Shown: positions 30,920 to 39,853, counted from the stretch's first letter. The stretch is 64,000 bases of DNA from Spirochaetales bacterium (GCA_030615505.1 JAUWZD010000002.1:2436-66435), one strand, 5' to 3'. Numbers and translations: made by a program. Notes: generated by a model from the letters alone, not told the origin.

Positions 30920-31668
30920 CTATACTAAAGAAAGCGCAGAAACTATTTATTCAGGTTCTTATGAAGAAAAATATTTCTTTAGATGAACATATAGCCGCAG
31001 AACCCCTCGGGGTAGAGGAAGCATTAGGTGATCCGTCTCCGTATAAGGACTTTGCCTTACAGAGGGGAGTGGAGAAGCTCGTTGAGGTGAAATACAGGGA
31101 GGCTCGAGGACAGGCATTCACCTCATGCCCCCTTCGATGGAAGGGAACTTTAGGGGAGGTCCTGGATCTTCCCCTTGAGAGTGACAGGGAAAGAGCTCTC
31201 CTTGTAGCATCGATGAACGCAGTGGGGCGCTGTCTGGATCTGGCGGATAAAACTGTACACTGTAAGGATGATGGACCGGAGCGCTGCGGCAAAAAGATGG
31301 CTGCGGAACTGGTGGAGAAGTATGGTATGGACCAGGTTATTGGGATTGTCGGTTATCAACCGGCCCTGCTGAAAAACATAGTAAGCCGATTCGGGCCGGA
31401 GAAAGTCCGTACAGCAGACCTCAACCCCGAAAATATTGGCAAAGTGGCCTGCGGTGTGCCGATTTGGGACGGCGAAAAAGATCTTGACCGTATTGCAGAA
31501 GAATGCTCCCTGTGCATGGCAACAGGTTCCTCTCTTTCAAACAACACATTAGACAGAATTTTGGAGGCTTTCTGCAGAAAAGATAAAAAAGTGATCTTTT
31601 ACGGCACTACAATTGCGTTTCCCGCTGTCCTTTTGGGTCTTGACCGGCTCTGCTTCGAATCGAAATGA
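30916..31668 (+). CDS. Hypothetical Rossmann-like protein, possibly DUF364/DUF4213 (putative metal chelation).
   Basis: GIVGYQP glycine-rich motif. Context with Mo genes. Family assignment is tentative. Confidence 0.35.
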   Translation: MTILKKAQKLFIQVLMKKNISLDEHIAAEPLGVEEALGDPSPYKDFALQRGVEKLVEVKYREARGQAFTSCPLRWKGTLGEVLDLPLESDRERALLVASMNAVGRCLDLADKTVHCKDDGPERCGKKMAAELVEKYGMDQVIGIVGYQPALLKNIVSRFGPEKVRTADLNPENIGKVACGVPIWDGEKDLDRIAEECSLCMATGSSLSNNTLDRILEAFCRKDKKVIFYGTTIAFPAVLLGLDRLCFESK

Positions 31669-31779
31669 TACCCTTGAGGCCCGCCGTTGGCATTTTAAGG
31701 GATTGAAATTGCTATTTGCAGAATATACAGCAAAATTTTACCTGGTAAAGCGGCCTGAACAGGCAAGGCAGGGAGCTTC

Positions 31780-32577
31780 ATGTTAGACAGATTTGACAGG
31801 GAAATAAATTATCTTCGTATATCTGTAACTGACAAATGTAATCTGCGCTGTGTGTACTGTATGCCGGAAGAGGGTGTTCCGCTGCACCGGCATGATGATT
31901 TTTTAAGTCTCGAAGAAATTACGCAAACGGTTAAGGCGGGTGTCAAGCTGGGTCTTACCAGGATCCGCTTAACCGGTGGCGAACCCCTGGTTAAGCGGGG
32001 TATCGTGGATCTGGTCGGAATGATAAAAGGTGTTAAAGGTGTTGAGAGCCTTGCCATGACCAGCAACGGTACTTTAGTAGAAAGGATGGCGGGAGAATTG
32101 AAGAGGGCGGGCTTGGATAGTATGAATATTTCACTGGATACGCTGGATCCGGCACGCTACCGGAAGATCACCCGTATCGGCGATATTCAATCTGCCTTGC
32201 GAGGGATAGAAGCCGCGCTTAAGGCAAGATTCCCGCTCAAGCTCAATATGGTCGTATTAAATGATACTGGTGCTGAAGAGGTAAGGCAGATGAAGCGCTT
32301 CTGTGCTCAAAAAGGGATCAAACTCCAATTGATCAATCACTATTCTCTGACTGAGGAGAAGATGAATAATTACCGGTATGACCGTCCCCCCGATTGTGCC
32401 AACTGCAATCGTATCCGCATGCTGGCCGATTGTAAACTGAAGCCCTGCCTCCACTCCAATATAGAGATAAAACTGGATTTAAATAATATCGAATCTTCTC
32501 TAATCAAAGCTATCGAGTATAAACCTGAAAGAGGATCTGTCTGTTTAAACAGGCAAATTGTTGAGATTGGAGGCTAA
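31780..32577 (+). CDS. moaA: GTP 3',8-cyclase MoaA (radical SAM), short form.
   Basis: CNLRCVYCMPEEG radical-SAM cluster and a C-terminal CANCNRIRMLADCKLKPC cluster. 265 aa. Confidence 0.85.
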   Translation: MLDRFDREINYLRISVTDKCNLRCVYCMPEEGVPLHRHDDFLSLEEITQTVKAGVKLGLTRIRLTGGEPLVKRGIVDLVGMIKGVKGVESLAMTSNGTLVERMAGELKRAGLDSMNISLDTLDPARYRKITRIGDIQSALRGIEAALKARFPLKLNMVVLNDTGAEEVRQMKRFCAQKGIKLQLINHYSLTEEKMNNYRYDRPPDCANCNRIRMLADCKLKPCLHSNIEIKLDLNNIESSLIKAIEYKPERGSVCLNRQIVEIGG

Positions 32578-32581
32578 AATC

Positions 32582-33034
32582 ATGAAATTTAGCCATCTGG
32601 ATGAAGAGGGTAGGGCCGTTATGGTGGATGTTTCCCATAAACCTAAAGTAAGGCGAGAGGCTACTGCTTTCGGTAGAGTGTACCTCAGACCGGAAACGAT
32701 TCAACTGATCAGAAAGAGCCTTATTAAGAAGGGAGATGTTCTAACTGTAGCCAGGATTGCTGCCATAAGCGGAGCCAAAAGAACGGCAGACCTGATCCCC
32801 CTCTGCCATAATATTACAATCGATCAGGTTGATATCGATTTTACGGTTGCGGAGGAGGCAGTTGAGATACGGAGTTATGCAGTTTGTACCGATAAAACGG
32901 GAATTGAAATGGAAGCGCTTACAGCTGTCTCCATAGCGGCCTTAACGATCTATGATATGTGTAAAGCTGTTGACAGATCTATTAAGATATCAGATATCCG
33001 GCTGCTGGAAAAAACCAAAGATGAGCCAATTTGA
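32582..33034 (+). CDS. moaC: Cyclic pyranopterin monophosphate synthase MoaC.
   Basis: MoaC family sequence (LIPLCHNI). Start at ATG 32582 with a GGAGG SD, directly after the moaA stop. Confidence 0.85.
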   Translation: MKFSHLDEEGRAVMVDVSHKPKVRREATAFGRVYLRPETIQLIRKSLIKKGDVLTVARIAAISGAKRTADLIPLCHNITIDQVDIDFTVAEEAVEIRSYAVCTDKTGIEMEALTAVSIAALTIYDMCKAVDRSIKISDIRLLEKTKDEPI

Positions 33035-33074
33035 GGTCCTTTATGCTCTTAACCCATAAGATTTTATTATTTTG

Positions 33075-33087
33075 TCCACAGGATGAA
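33075..33087 (+). repeat. Partial (13-nt) copy of the repeat-element 5' end (TCCACAGGATGAA) upstream of the MOSC gene.
   Basis: Exact 13-mer shared with copies A and B. Confidence 0.4.
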
Positions 33088-33107
33088 GACACATAAATTT
33101 TAGTCAA

Positions 33108-33569
33108 GTGCAGACTAAAGGCCGCGCTGTGAAACATGAATTTAAAATCCTATCGATTAATATCTCTGCCTGTAAGGGTGAACGGAAAAAGCCTGTAGAT
33201 AGAGTCAAGATTAAAGAAAATTGCGGAATTGAGGGGGACGCCCATGCCGGTACCTGGCACCGTCAAATCTCCCTGCTGGCAAACGAGGATATCGAGCTGA
33301 TGCGTCAAAGAGGAATCGAGTTGAACTATGGTGATTTTGCAGAGAATATCACCAGCGAAGGTGTTGATCTCAGTTCTCTGCCCATCGGAACAAAACTCTA
33401 TCTCGGCAATACGATTATGGAAGTAACCCAGATCGGCAAGGAATGCCGTCACGGCTGTACCATCTATCAGGCATTAGGAGACTGCGTTATGCCTCATAAA
33501 GGCATTTTTGCCAGAGTGTTAAAAGGAGGCGAAATCTCAAGTGAAACTTATTGTTATTACGATCTCTGA
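33108..33569 (+). CDS. MOSC domain-containing protein.
   Basis: GDAHAGTWHRQISLL and the beta-barrel MOSC pattern. 153 aa. Confidence 0.7.
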   Translation: MQTKGRAVKHEFKILSINISACKGERKKPVDRVKIKENCGIEGDAHAGTWHRQISLLANEDIELMRQRGIELNYGDFAENITSEGVDLSSLPIGTKLYLGNTIMEVTQIGKECRHGCTIYQALGDCVMPHKGIFARVLKGGEISSETYCYYDL

Positions 33570-34008
33570 CCGTGCCGCAAAGGGGATCTATCAGGATCTA
33601 TCCGGCCCGGAAATTGAAGGAATTATCAGGAAAAGCTTTCCGAACTCAAGAATTACTAAAGAGATCGTGCCGGATAAAAAAGAGGCCATCCTGGCTGCTT
33701 TTACTAAATACGCCGGAGCCGATTATATTCTGACAGCCGGGGGTACGGGCATCTCCCCTCGGGATATTACACCTGAAGTAACCGAGCAGTACTGCGACAG
33801 GGCTCTTCCGGGTATTGCCGAAATCCTGAGGGCGGAATCTTACAAAAAAACTAAAAATGCCATGCTGTCCAGGGGCTATGCCGGCTTGAAGGGAAATACC
33901 ATTATTGTCAACTTCCCGGGATCAGTTAAAGCGGTCCGGCTCTGCACTAAAACCCTGGTGCCGATCATGGAGCATGGACTTAAGATGCTGCGAGGCGAGG
34001 GACACTGA
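33541..34008 (+). CDS. moaB: Molybdenum cofactor biosynthesis protein MoaB/MogA family.
   Basis: ILTAGGTGISPRDITPE motif, MoCF_biosynth fold. Confidence 0.8.
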   Translation: MKLIVITISDRAAKGIYQDLSGPEIEGIIRKSFPNSRITKEIVPDKKEAILAAFTKYAGADYILTAGGTGISPRDITPEVTEQYCDRALPGIAEILRAESYKKTKNAMLSRGYAGLKGNTIIVNFPGSVKAVRLCTKTLVPIMEHGLKMLRGEGH

Positions 34009-34087
34009 AAGAAATTTCACGCAGGGATCGCGGAGTCCGCAGGGAGCTTGACACTTTATAAGCATTTTGGTATATTCCGTTTGGCAA

Positions 34088-34160
34088 CGCAGGGTAGAGC
34101 AGTTGGAAGCTCGTCGGGCTCATAACCCGGAGGTCGCAGGTTCGAGTCCTGCCCCTGCTA
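34088..34160 (+). tRNA. tRNA-Met (anticodon CAT) with initiator-type features.
   Basis: The cloverleaf folds by hand: acceptor CGCAGGG/CCCTGCT with an unpaired C1·U72, D-arm GAGC/GCTC, anticodon stem with three G:C pairs next to the loop CTCATAA, and T-arm GCAGG-TTCGAGT-CCTGC. It is close to E. coli tRNA-fMet. No CCA is encoded. Confidence 0.85.
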
Positions 34161-34255
34161 TGTGTAAATCTATATAATATATAGACTTATAAACCACAAA
34201 ATAATTGATGTAACCAGTATTGACACATTTTTAAAACGGTGATAAGCTCTTCTCC

Positions 34256-35431
34256 GTGCCTCGATATAAGGAGCCGTTTTCTCTCTATCCCAGAAAAACA
34301 AAAAAGGGCGTTGCCGTCTGGTATTATCGAACTTACGATAAGGATGGCGAGCGTACTTATGGCCGATCTACCGGCGAATCTTCAAAGACTCTTGCCCGAC
34401 AATATTGTCAGTCTCTGATTTCCAAAGGCAGATTGATTCCTCAGAAATCACCTACGCTCGCAGAGTGGACAGAGAAAAGGCGATGGTGGATATGGGGAGA
34501 GTGTCTGTATATCAAGGGTCGGCTTGCTCGCTCAGATGTGGATAGACCGGGAATTACTCATCGTTATTGCGATTTGAATTATCAAGTTATGATGAAGAAA
34601 ATTCTATCGATTCATGGAGACAAGCAGCTTGACTCTATTATGCCCGAGGATTGTGAAAAACTATTATTCTCTTGGGCAAATCAGGGAGTCAGTTATAAGA
34701 CTGCAAATAATTGGGCTTCAGTATATCGGGTTATGATGGGCGAGGCAGCCAGATTAAGGATGATAGACGAAAATCCCTGGAAGCGAGTGCTTTCATTATC
34801 TTCCAGCACAAAGAGGCGGGGGATTCTCACGATGGCCGAAGCCCGAACGCTTCTGAATCCGGCGACAATAAACGAAGTGTGGGACAAACACCATATGTAT
34901 TATTGCATCAACCTGATTGCATCTCTCACAGCGATGAGACAGGGGGAGATCCTCGCACTGAGGAAAGAAGATGTGTTCTCCGATCATTTGCATATCAGGC
35001 ATTCATGGTCTGCAAAATATGAGTTGGGGAAAACTAAGACAAAAGAAATTGGCGATGCGCCGATCCCCGGATTTCTGTATCGAGAAATTGAAAAGTATCT
35101 GGAATATGATGGTTATATTTTCAGCTTCAATGGGGGGAAGAGGCCAGCTACAGGGAACCGTGTAACCGAATGGCTATATCGTGCCATGAGAAATATCGGG
35201 ATTTCAGAGCATGAGAGGGTGGAGCGGAATTTAACCTTCCATAGTTGGCGTCATTTTTTCAATACGTATCTGCGGAGCCGGGGCGTGCCAGATTCGCAAA
35301 TAAGGAAAGTTACCCGGCATAAAACCGAAGAAATGACAGAGCATTATACAGAATTCGGATTGGAACATTATAAAGAAACATACGATGCTCAGGATGGATT
35401 CGGGGAATTGATACAGGAGGAAAAAGGATGA
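34256..35431 (+). CDS. Tyrosine-type phage integrase.
   Basis: C-terminal catalytic R...HSWRHFFNTYL...Y pattern and an N-terminal arm-binding region (KKGVAVWYYR). Confidence 0.85.
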   Translation: MPRYKEPFSLYPRKTKKGVAVWYYRTYDKDGERTYGRSTGESSKTLARQYCQSLISKGRLIPQKSPTLAEWTEKRRWWIWGECLYIKGRLARSDVDRPGITHRYCDLNYQVMMKKILSIHGDKQLDSIMPEDCEKLLFSWANQGVSYKTANNWASVYRVMMGEAARLRMIDENPWKRVLSLSSSTKRRGILTMAEARTLLNPATINEVWDKHHMYYCINLIASLTAMRQGEILALRKEDVFSDHLHIRHSWSAKYELGKTKTKEIGDAPIPGFLYREIEKYLEYDGYIFSFNGGKRPATGNRVTEWLYRAMRNIGISEHERVERNLTFHSWRHFFNTYLRSRGVPDSQIRKVTRHKTEEMTEHYTEFGLEHYKETYDAQDGFGELIQEEKG

Positions 35432-35595
35432 AAGAAAATAATATCGCTGGATTGCGCAGAAGGACGAAAATAACCTGTCCCAAATGTGGCAGATTTCTCC
35501 ATACTCACGATGAGAGGGATGGGATATGTCCTGTTTGTGAAAAGGAGAAATATGACGGGCTAAAGGGACTCGGCGCAGTGGAGGAAAAACCATGA
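35428..35595 (+). CDS. Small zinc-ribbon protein (55 aa), not in the ORF track.
   Basis: CPKCG...CPVCEK. ATG overlaps the integrase stop (ATGA), and its own stop overlaps the next ATG. Confidence 0.4.
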   Translation: MKENNIAGLRRRTKITCPKCGRFLHTHDERDGICPVCEKEKYDGLKGLGAVEEKP

Positions 35596-35846
35596 AAGAA
35601 TATCAGACCAGATTTGACGGTCGATATATCGGACTGAGGGCGGGAAAAGATACTGATGGTTGTGGCGATGTTGCACAGATGGTATCCGTAGCAAAAACGA
35701 CAGTAACCTATTATTCTGTCAGTGATGGATCATTCAAGACCGCAAAGGCAATGATGAAATGTGATGCTTGCGGGAAAGATGATCTTGAAACTGATTATAA
35801 TTATTGCCCGAACTGTGGGCTGAAATTTGAGAAGAAAGGTAAATAA
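35592..35846 (+). CDS. Small zinc-ribbon protein (84 aa).
   Basis: DGCGD...CDACG...CPNCG. Confidence 0.45.
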   Translation: MKEYQTRFDGRYIGLRAGKDTDGCGDVAQMVSVAKTTVTYYSVSDGSFKTAKAMMKCDACGKDDLETDYNYCPNCGLKFEKKGK

Positions 35847-35868
35847 GAGGCAAGTAAATTACAAATTC

Positions 35869-36144
35869 TCACGGTTCTGTCAAGTCTATCGTTTCATAAG
35901 TCTGTCTTATCCGATCCACATCAACCATATATTCAACGAGCTGCAGCCAGAAATCAAGAGGCATGTATATCAAGCCATTCTGCATATATAACTGCCCCGT
36001 AGAATCAGGCGGAACAGGCCATTCAATCTGAATCGGGATCGGCTCGACCTCTACGGGCAAGCTCGGACATGATAGAAAGAGAAGCGTCAAACTTATCAGC
36101 ATCAGAACCGGAACGTAGCTTCTTTTTTTTCTTTGCCGTTTCAT
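35869..36144 (-). CDS. Outer-membrane lipoprotein, o-spanin-like (Rz1-like).
   Basis: Lipobox LLFLSC, Pro-rich mature part, and a 122-nt out-of-frame overlap with the upstream TM/coiled-coil gene. Confidence 0.5.
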   Translation of the reverse strand: MKRQRKKRSYVPVLMLISLTLLFLSCPSLPVEVEPIPIQIEWPVPPDSTGQLYMQNGLIYMPLDFWLQLVEYMVDVDRIRQTYETIDLTEP

Positions 36145-36334
36145 TGTAAATTTCCTCCATACGCTTGATTATGTGGCCTCGGCGGTCTATTTCTTTAGCG
36201 AATTTATTAGCCCGTGCTTTTTCTCTTTTCGCTTTCTTGCGGAACTTCCAGGCAGCATATAGAGCTAGGCCAGCGACGCCGGTTGTGATGATCGAATACA
36301 AGATCATGATGTACCTCCTGCGATCCAGTGCCAT
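36023..36334 (-). CDS. i-spanin-like protein (N-terminal TM plus charged helical domain).
   Basis: One TM (IMILYSIITTGVAGLALYAAW) followed by a Lys/Arg/Glu-rich helix. Overlaps the lipoprotein gene. Confidence 0.45.
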   Translation of the reverse strand: MALDRRRYIMILYSIITTGVAGLALYAAWKFRKKAKREKARANKFAKEIDRRGHIIKRMEEIYNETAKKKKKLRSGSDADKFDASLSIMSELARRGRADPDSD

Positions 36335-36855
36335 TGGTCTACAAAGTCTCTGTTGTGGATTTCTACCTTGAGTTTGACGGCCTGGAGCATGTAATAATAG
36401 TCGGTGAGATTAGCAGCCACATAATCGAATAGAATCGTGTCGGCAGCATCCAGGATGTAGATATGCCATGGTTCAGGCGTCCAGGGTGATTCAAGAACGG
36501 TTATGCTTACGCTTGCCTGTCCTTCTGCCTCGCCGTCTGAGATAATAATCTGCACGGCGTATACTGTTTCGATTTCCGGGGATTTGGAGAAGAGAAACGC
36601 TGATTCAGTTTCTCCTAGTTGCTCTATCCCGTCTATAGACCACTGGTATGAATGCATATCGCCTACATCTGGATCGTCAACCTCGGCTGTGAGAAGATGA
36701 TTCTGGCCGTTTTCGATTATCGTATCGCCGCCAAGTATTATTACCGTCGGTGCTATGTTCGGCGCCTCTTCAGTTTTTTCTAATTCGGGTGCGGTTGTTT
36801 GAGCACACGCCATGAGAAACAGAAAAATTATCAGGATCGGTAATAATAGTCTCAT
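36304..36855 (-). CDS. Lipoprotein with an Ig-like/beta-sandwich domain.
   Basis: Signal peptide with lipobox LMAC. No family assigned. Confidence 0.5.
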   Translation of the reverse strand: MRLLLPILIIFLFLMACAQTTAPELEKTEEAPNIAPTVIILGGDTIIENGQNHLLTAEVDDPDVGDMHSYQWSIDGIEQLGETESAFLFSKSPEIETVYAVQIIISDGEAEGQASVSITVLESPWTPEPWHIYILDAADTILFDYVAANLTDYYYMLQAVKLKVEIHNRDFVDQWHWIAGGTS

Positions 36856-37085
36856 GGTGTCGCCTCCACTATCCGCTCCTCCTGGATTTCGTAGAGATCG
36901 TCAGGATGGTCTCTATTGTGAAGTTCGCAGGTAAGCCGTGCACGATAGAGAAAGTCTGCATAATGTTTCGCATCCTTGATGGTCTCAGTCTGTGTATGAC
37001 TCGCTCCCTTGATGCGGATTCGGGAGGGGAGCATTTGCTCCGTTATTTCCTCCAGCTTGAAAACCGGTACGAATTGTTTTGCCAT
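36852..37085 (-). CDS. Hypothetical small phage protein.
   Basis: The track ORF 36852..37226 overlaps the tail fiber gene. The internal ATG at about 37085 (MAKQFVPVFKLEE) avoids that overlap. Confidence 0.3.
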   Translation of the reverse strand: MAKQFVPVFKLEEITEQMLPSRIRIKGASHTQTETIKDAKHYADFLYRARLTCELHNRDHPDDLYEIQEERIVEATP

Positions 37086-37095
37086 ATTAGCCTCC

Positions 37096-38133
37096 TTAAC
37101 TTGCCTTATATTCCCGGCCCCAAATATACATGTGCCCCACCAGCGCCCGTGGATCGTTGGTCTTGCCGGTGCGTGGCGTGCCGTTGACGCCGTCGGTGAT
37201 GGGATCTTGAACATGATTTTCATCAAAACTTACGCTTCCTACACCTCTGGATGAAGTTTCTGTGATTTGGGGATAACTTCCAGCTACATGTCTTTTTAAA
37301 TCATGCCAGTGCCCCTGCCCCCGGTCTCTCCGTCTCATCCCCGCAATACACTCGCCGTCGGCATCGTTCGCCGCTACCATCACGCCACCAGGTCGTTCGA
37401 ATACCCGTGCGGTCGTGCTGCTGCCGGGTATACGATGCTGATAGAATTCTGCTATTGCAGTTACGCCCCCTGAGCCGTCGGATGCGGTTACGGGGAATGT
37501 GATTGTACGTGCTGAAGGATCAATTCCGCTGAGAGCATACTCCCCTGCGGGAATATTGCCGATTGCATCCGGCAGAGTAACGCTGCGATAACCATTGAAA
37601 TCGCCATGAACCAGGTTGTCTTCGGTATAATCGGAGAGTAGAGCTTTCTCAGCCGTCTGATCTGCGAATGTCAGCGTGCCGACATTTGAAGATACAGCCC
37701 AATTGATTACATCAAACTGGTATTTTTCGCCTGTGATGCCTTCATTGTAGATTGCTCGGAGAGTCCGCAGATCCGGTACTAAGTCGGACCAGTTTGCTAC
37801 GGCAATATCATGGTCTCCGTCGTCGAGACAGAGTGCAGGAAAATAATCTTCCGGGCTGTCCTTGTTGAATGCTGCTGGAGCTTTATACTTGTTGAGGAAA
37901 AACAATTCCCCAAGAGGCTTACCATGCGCTATCGCAAGTCCTTTGATCGCCGCCAATACGTACTTGTTCGTTCCCGCAGCCTCGGCAATAGAAAGCTCAT
38001 CCTCGATGCCCCGTAGTTCATCCTGCACATCGTTACCCCAATTTGCCGTGTGATACGTCCCTGTGGGGTTCGTTACTGGGTCGTAATCTTTGAAAGTATA
38101 GTTTACGTGGCCTGGGCCAGCGATTTTTCTCAT
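37096..38133 (-). CDS. Tail fiber protein.
   Basis: Position after the baseplate genes, Gly/Thr-rich beta sequence, and a C-terminal collar-like region. Confidence 0.6.
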   Translation of the reverse strand: MRKIAGPGHVNYTFKDYDPVTNPTGTYHTANWGNDVQDELRGIEDELSIAEAAGTNKYVLAAIKGLAIAHGKPLGELFFLNKYKAPAAFNKDSPEDYFPALCLDDGDHDIAVANWSDLVPDLRTLRAIYNEGITGEKYQFDVINWAVSSNVGTLTFADQTAEKALLSDYTEDNLVHGDFNGYRSVTLPDAIGNIPAGEYALSGIDPSARTITFPVTASDGSGGVTAIAEFYQHRIPGSSTTARVFERPGGVMVAANDADGECIAGMRRRDRGQGHWHDLKRHVAGSYPQITETSSRGVGSVSFDENHVQDPITDGVNGTPRTGKTNDPRALVGHMYIWGREYKAS

Positions 38134-38765
38134 TCTTGTCCCCTTCCTACCTGCATGAGACCGACCATTCCCAGGCCGACTTCGCTGGTAGCTGTTTGAT
38201 TTCTGATAGTAATTTCAAATACCGGCTCCATTTCTTTCGGCATAATCCTATCGAGTAGATTTTCAAGCCCCCGCAAATCTATAGCGTCGTTCACTTCACC
38301 GGCAACCCGGTAATAATGCACGGGAAATGTGCCGTCTGTAGACGGACTTGCCAGCCAGGACGGATAGCCTTGCACCTGCATATCGCCTACCATGCCAAGA
38401 CCGACCATATTCTCAGGATTAACGTCGGTTTCGATAAGATGCACATCAGGATAAGCTTTCTGAATCTGCGCTTCAAGATAGTCCTTGTTTTGCCCGCCTA
38501 GCGATGTGTACGCCTGATCTGCCCGAGCCTGTCTGTTTGCAAGCGTCTGCGTAGGATCGTATTTCAGGCCAAACGCCTCAAACCATTCAGGAAGCGTATC
38601 ATCTGCCGTACCTGGTAGCGATTCTGTCAGTATGCCCAGAAAAAATGTCCGGATACGTGCGAATGACATGGCGAGTGCTTCTACCAGGTCGCCTAGTGCG
38701 CCTGTAAGCGTCCAGGCGTGACCGGGCGGGAATAATCGGCGTAAGACTCGATTCATTAGACCCAT
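38130..38765 (-). CDS. Phage tail protein, DUF2313 / Mu gp48 / P2 gpI-like.
   Basis: N-terminal LRRLFPPGHAW motif typical of DUF2313 (YmfQ). Confidence 0.6.
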   Translation of the reverse strand: MGLMNRVLRRLFPPGHAWTLTGALGDLVEALAMSFARIRTFFLGILTESLPGTADDTLPEWFEAFGLKYDPTQTLANRQARADQAYTSLGGQNKDYLEAQIQKAYPDVHLIETDVNPENMVGLGMVGDMQVQGYPSWLASPSTDGTFPVHYYRVAGEVNDAIDLRGLENLLDRIMPKEMEPVFEITIRNQTATSEVGLGMVGLMQVGRGQE

Positions 38766-39853
38766 GTCAAATCCCTCAATACCGATAGCTCATGATCCTG
38801 GAGCGTGTAGGATGTGATTGGGCTTCCGCCTGCATTTTTCAGGGTAACGGTCAATATCTTTGCTCCGGCTGCGATTGCAATAAAATAGATTTCACCTGCC
38901 GAAACAACATTTATTGGATTAACTTCATCCTCGTATTGCTGGGGTCTGCGAGCATACATGTAGGCGGTTATAACTGTCTCAATATTCGCTTTTGTAATTG
39001 CATCGTTCGGAGATAGATCGGCTATATCGACATCAAAATCAAGCTCCGTCATTGCGAGTGCCAATACTGTGGCACCGAACGGTTTCCGTTTTGTTTCGTT
39101 GAGATAGTCTTCTACTTCGGTTAGTTTTCCGCTGCTCGGGATCCTATTTGCTAGGTCTGGATCGTCTGTCAACGGATACACGTTCACAAATCCTGGAGTC
39201 GGCCTGAAAGCATATGCCTCTGCAATCCCAGCAACCTTAATTGCCCAACCGATATAATCGGATGCAGCCCCACCCTGGGGCTTATCTTTTTCCCGTTGCA
39301 TTATCCGCTTGCGGAAGTTCTCGATGCTCTCTTGATCCTCGCCGGTGGTAATCGTGCCTGTTACGGTCGCCTCATCGTCTATGCCTGCAATCGGTGAGGC
39401 GATTTTCAGGGTATCGTCAACGAGCAGATTCCCAGCGTCGCCTGCGGTCAGACATTCATTTGTGATCGTAGCCACGCCCGCCGTAATTACGACCGTCTCT
39501 TGCTGCTGATAGACCAGACCGTTATCATCGCCGATCCAGAGGGTGCCCCCGGGGATCTGGATGTCGTCATCGCCGGTCGCCTGGGCCGTGTGCTTGGCCC
39601 TAACTGCCGGGGAACGCGAGAGGCCGTACTGTGCGCCTCGCCTGATAAGTGCCTCTTCATCGGCAGTAGCCGCGAAAATCTGTTTATAGCACCACAGGCC
39701 GACGCGGTAGGCGAGGGTCTGGATACCGGCGAGAGCTTTGGCGAGTATGCGTATGAAGTTTTTCGGCAACCAGGGCACGGTAATGCCGAGCTTGCCTTCG
39801 ATATCGCTGATAATCTGATCTTTGATTTCTTTCGTTGTGGGGATTGTTACCAC
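38756..39853 (-). CDS. Baseplate J-like protein (Mu gp47 / P2 gpJ family).
   Basis: Size, position and Baseplate_J-like sequence. Confidence 0.7.
   Translation of the reverse strand: MVTIPTTKEIKDQIISDIEGKLGITVPWLPKNFIRILAKALAGIQTLAYRVGLWCYKQIFAATADEEALIRRGAQYGLSRSPAVRAKHTAQATGDDDIQIPGGTLWIGDDNGLVYQQQETVVITAGVATITNECLTAGDAGNLLVDDTLKIASPIAGIDDEATVTGTITTGEDQESIENFRKRIMQREKDKPQGGAASDYIGWAIKVAGIAEAYAFRPTPGFVNVYPLTDDPDLANRIPSSGKLTEVEDYLNETKRKPFGATVLALAMTELDFDVDIADLSPNDAITKANIETVITAYMYARRPQQYEDEVNPINVVSAGEIYFIAIAAGAKILTVTLKNAGGSPITSYTLQDHELSVLRDLTWV

Noticed and set aside
26944-31779. Moco riboswitch upstream of modA or moaA.
   Set aside because: The leaders are short (60–110 nt), AT-rich, and lack a convincing conserved-stem pattern that I could verify by eye.
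34161-35431. Search for a duplicated tRNA 3' segment (attR) inside the window.
   Set aside because: No second copy of GGTTCGAGTCCTGCCCCTGCTA was found by eye. The prophage right end is presumably beyond nt 64000.
36852-37226. Full-length track ORF overlapping the 3' end of the tail fiber gene.
   Set aside because: The N-terminal 47 codons overlap the fiber gene in another frame. The internal ATG at about 37085 is more plausible.
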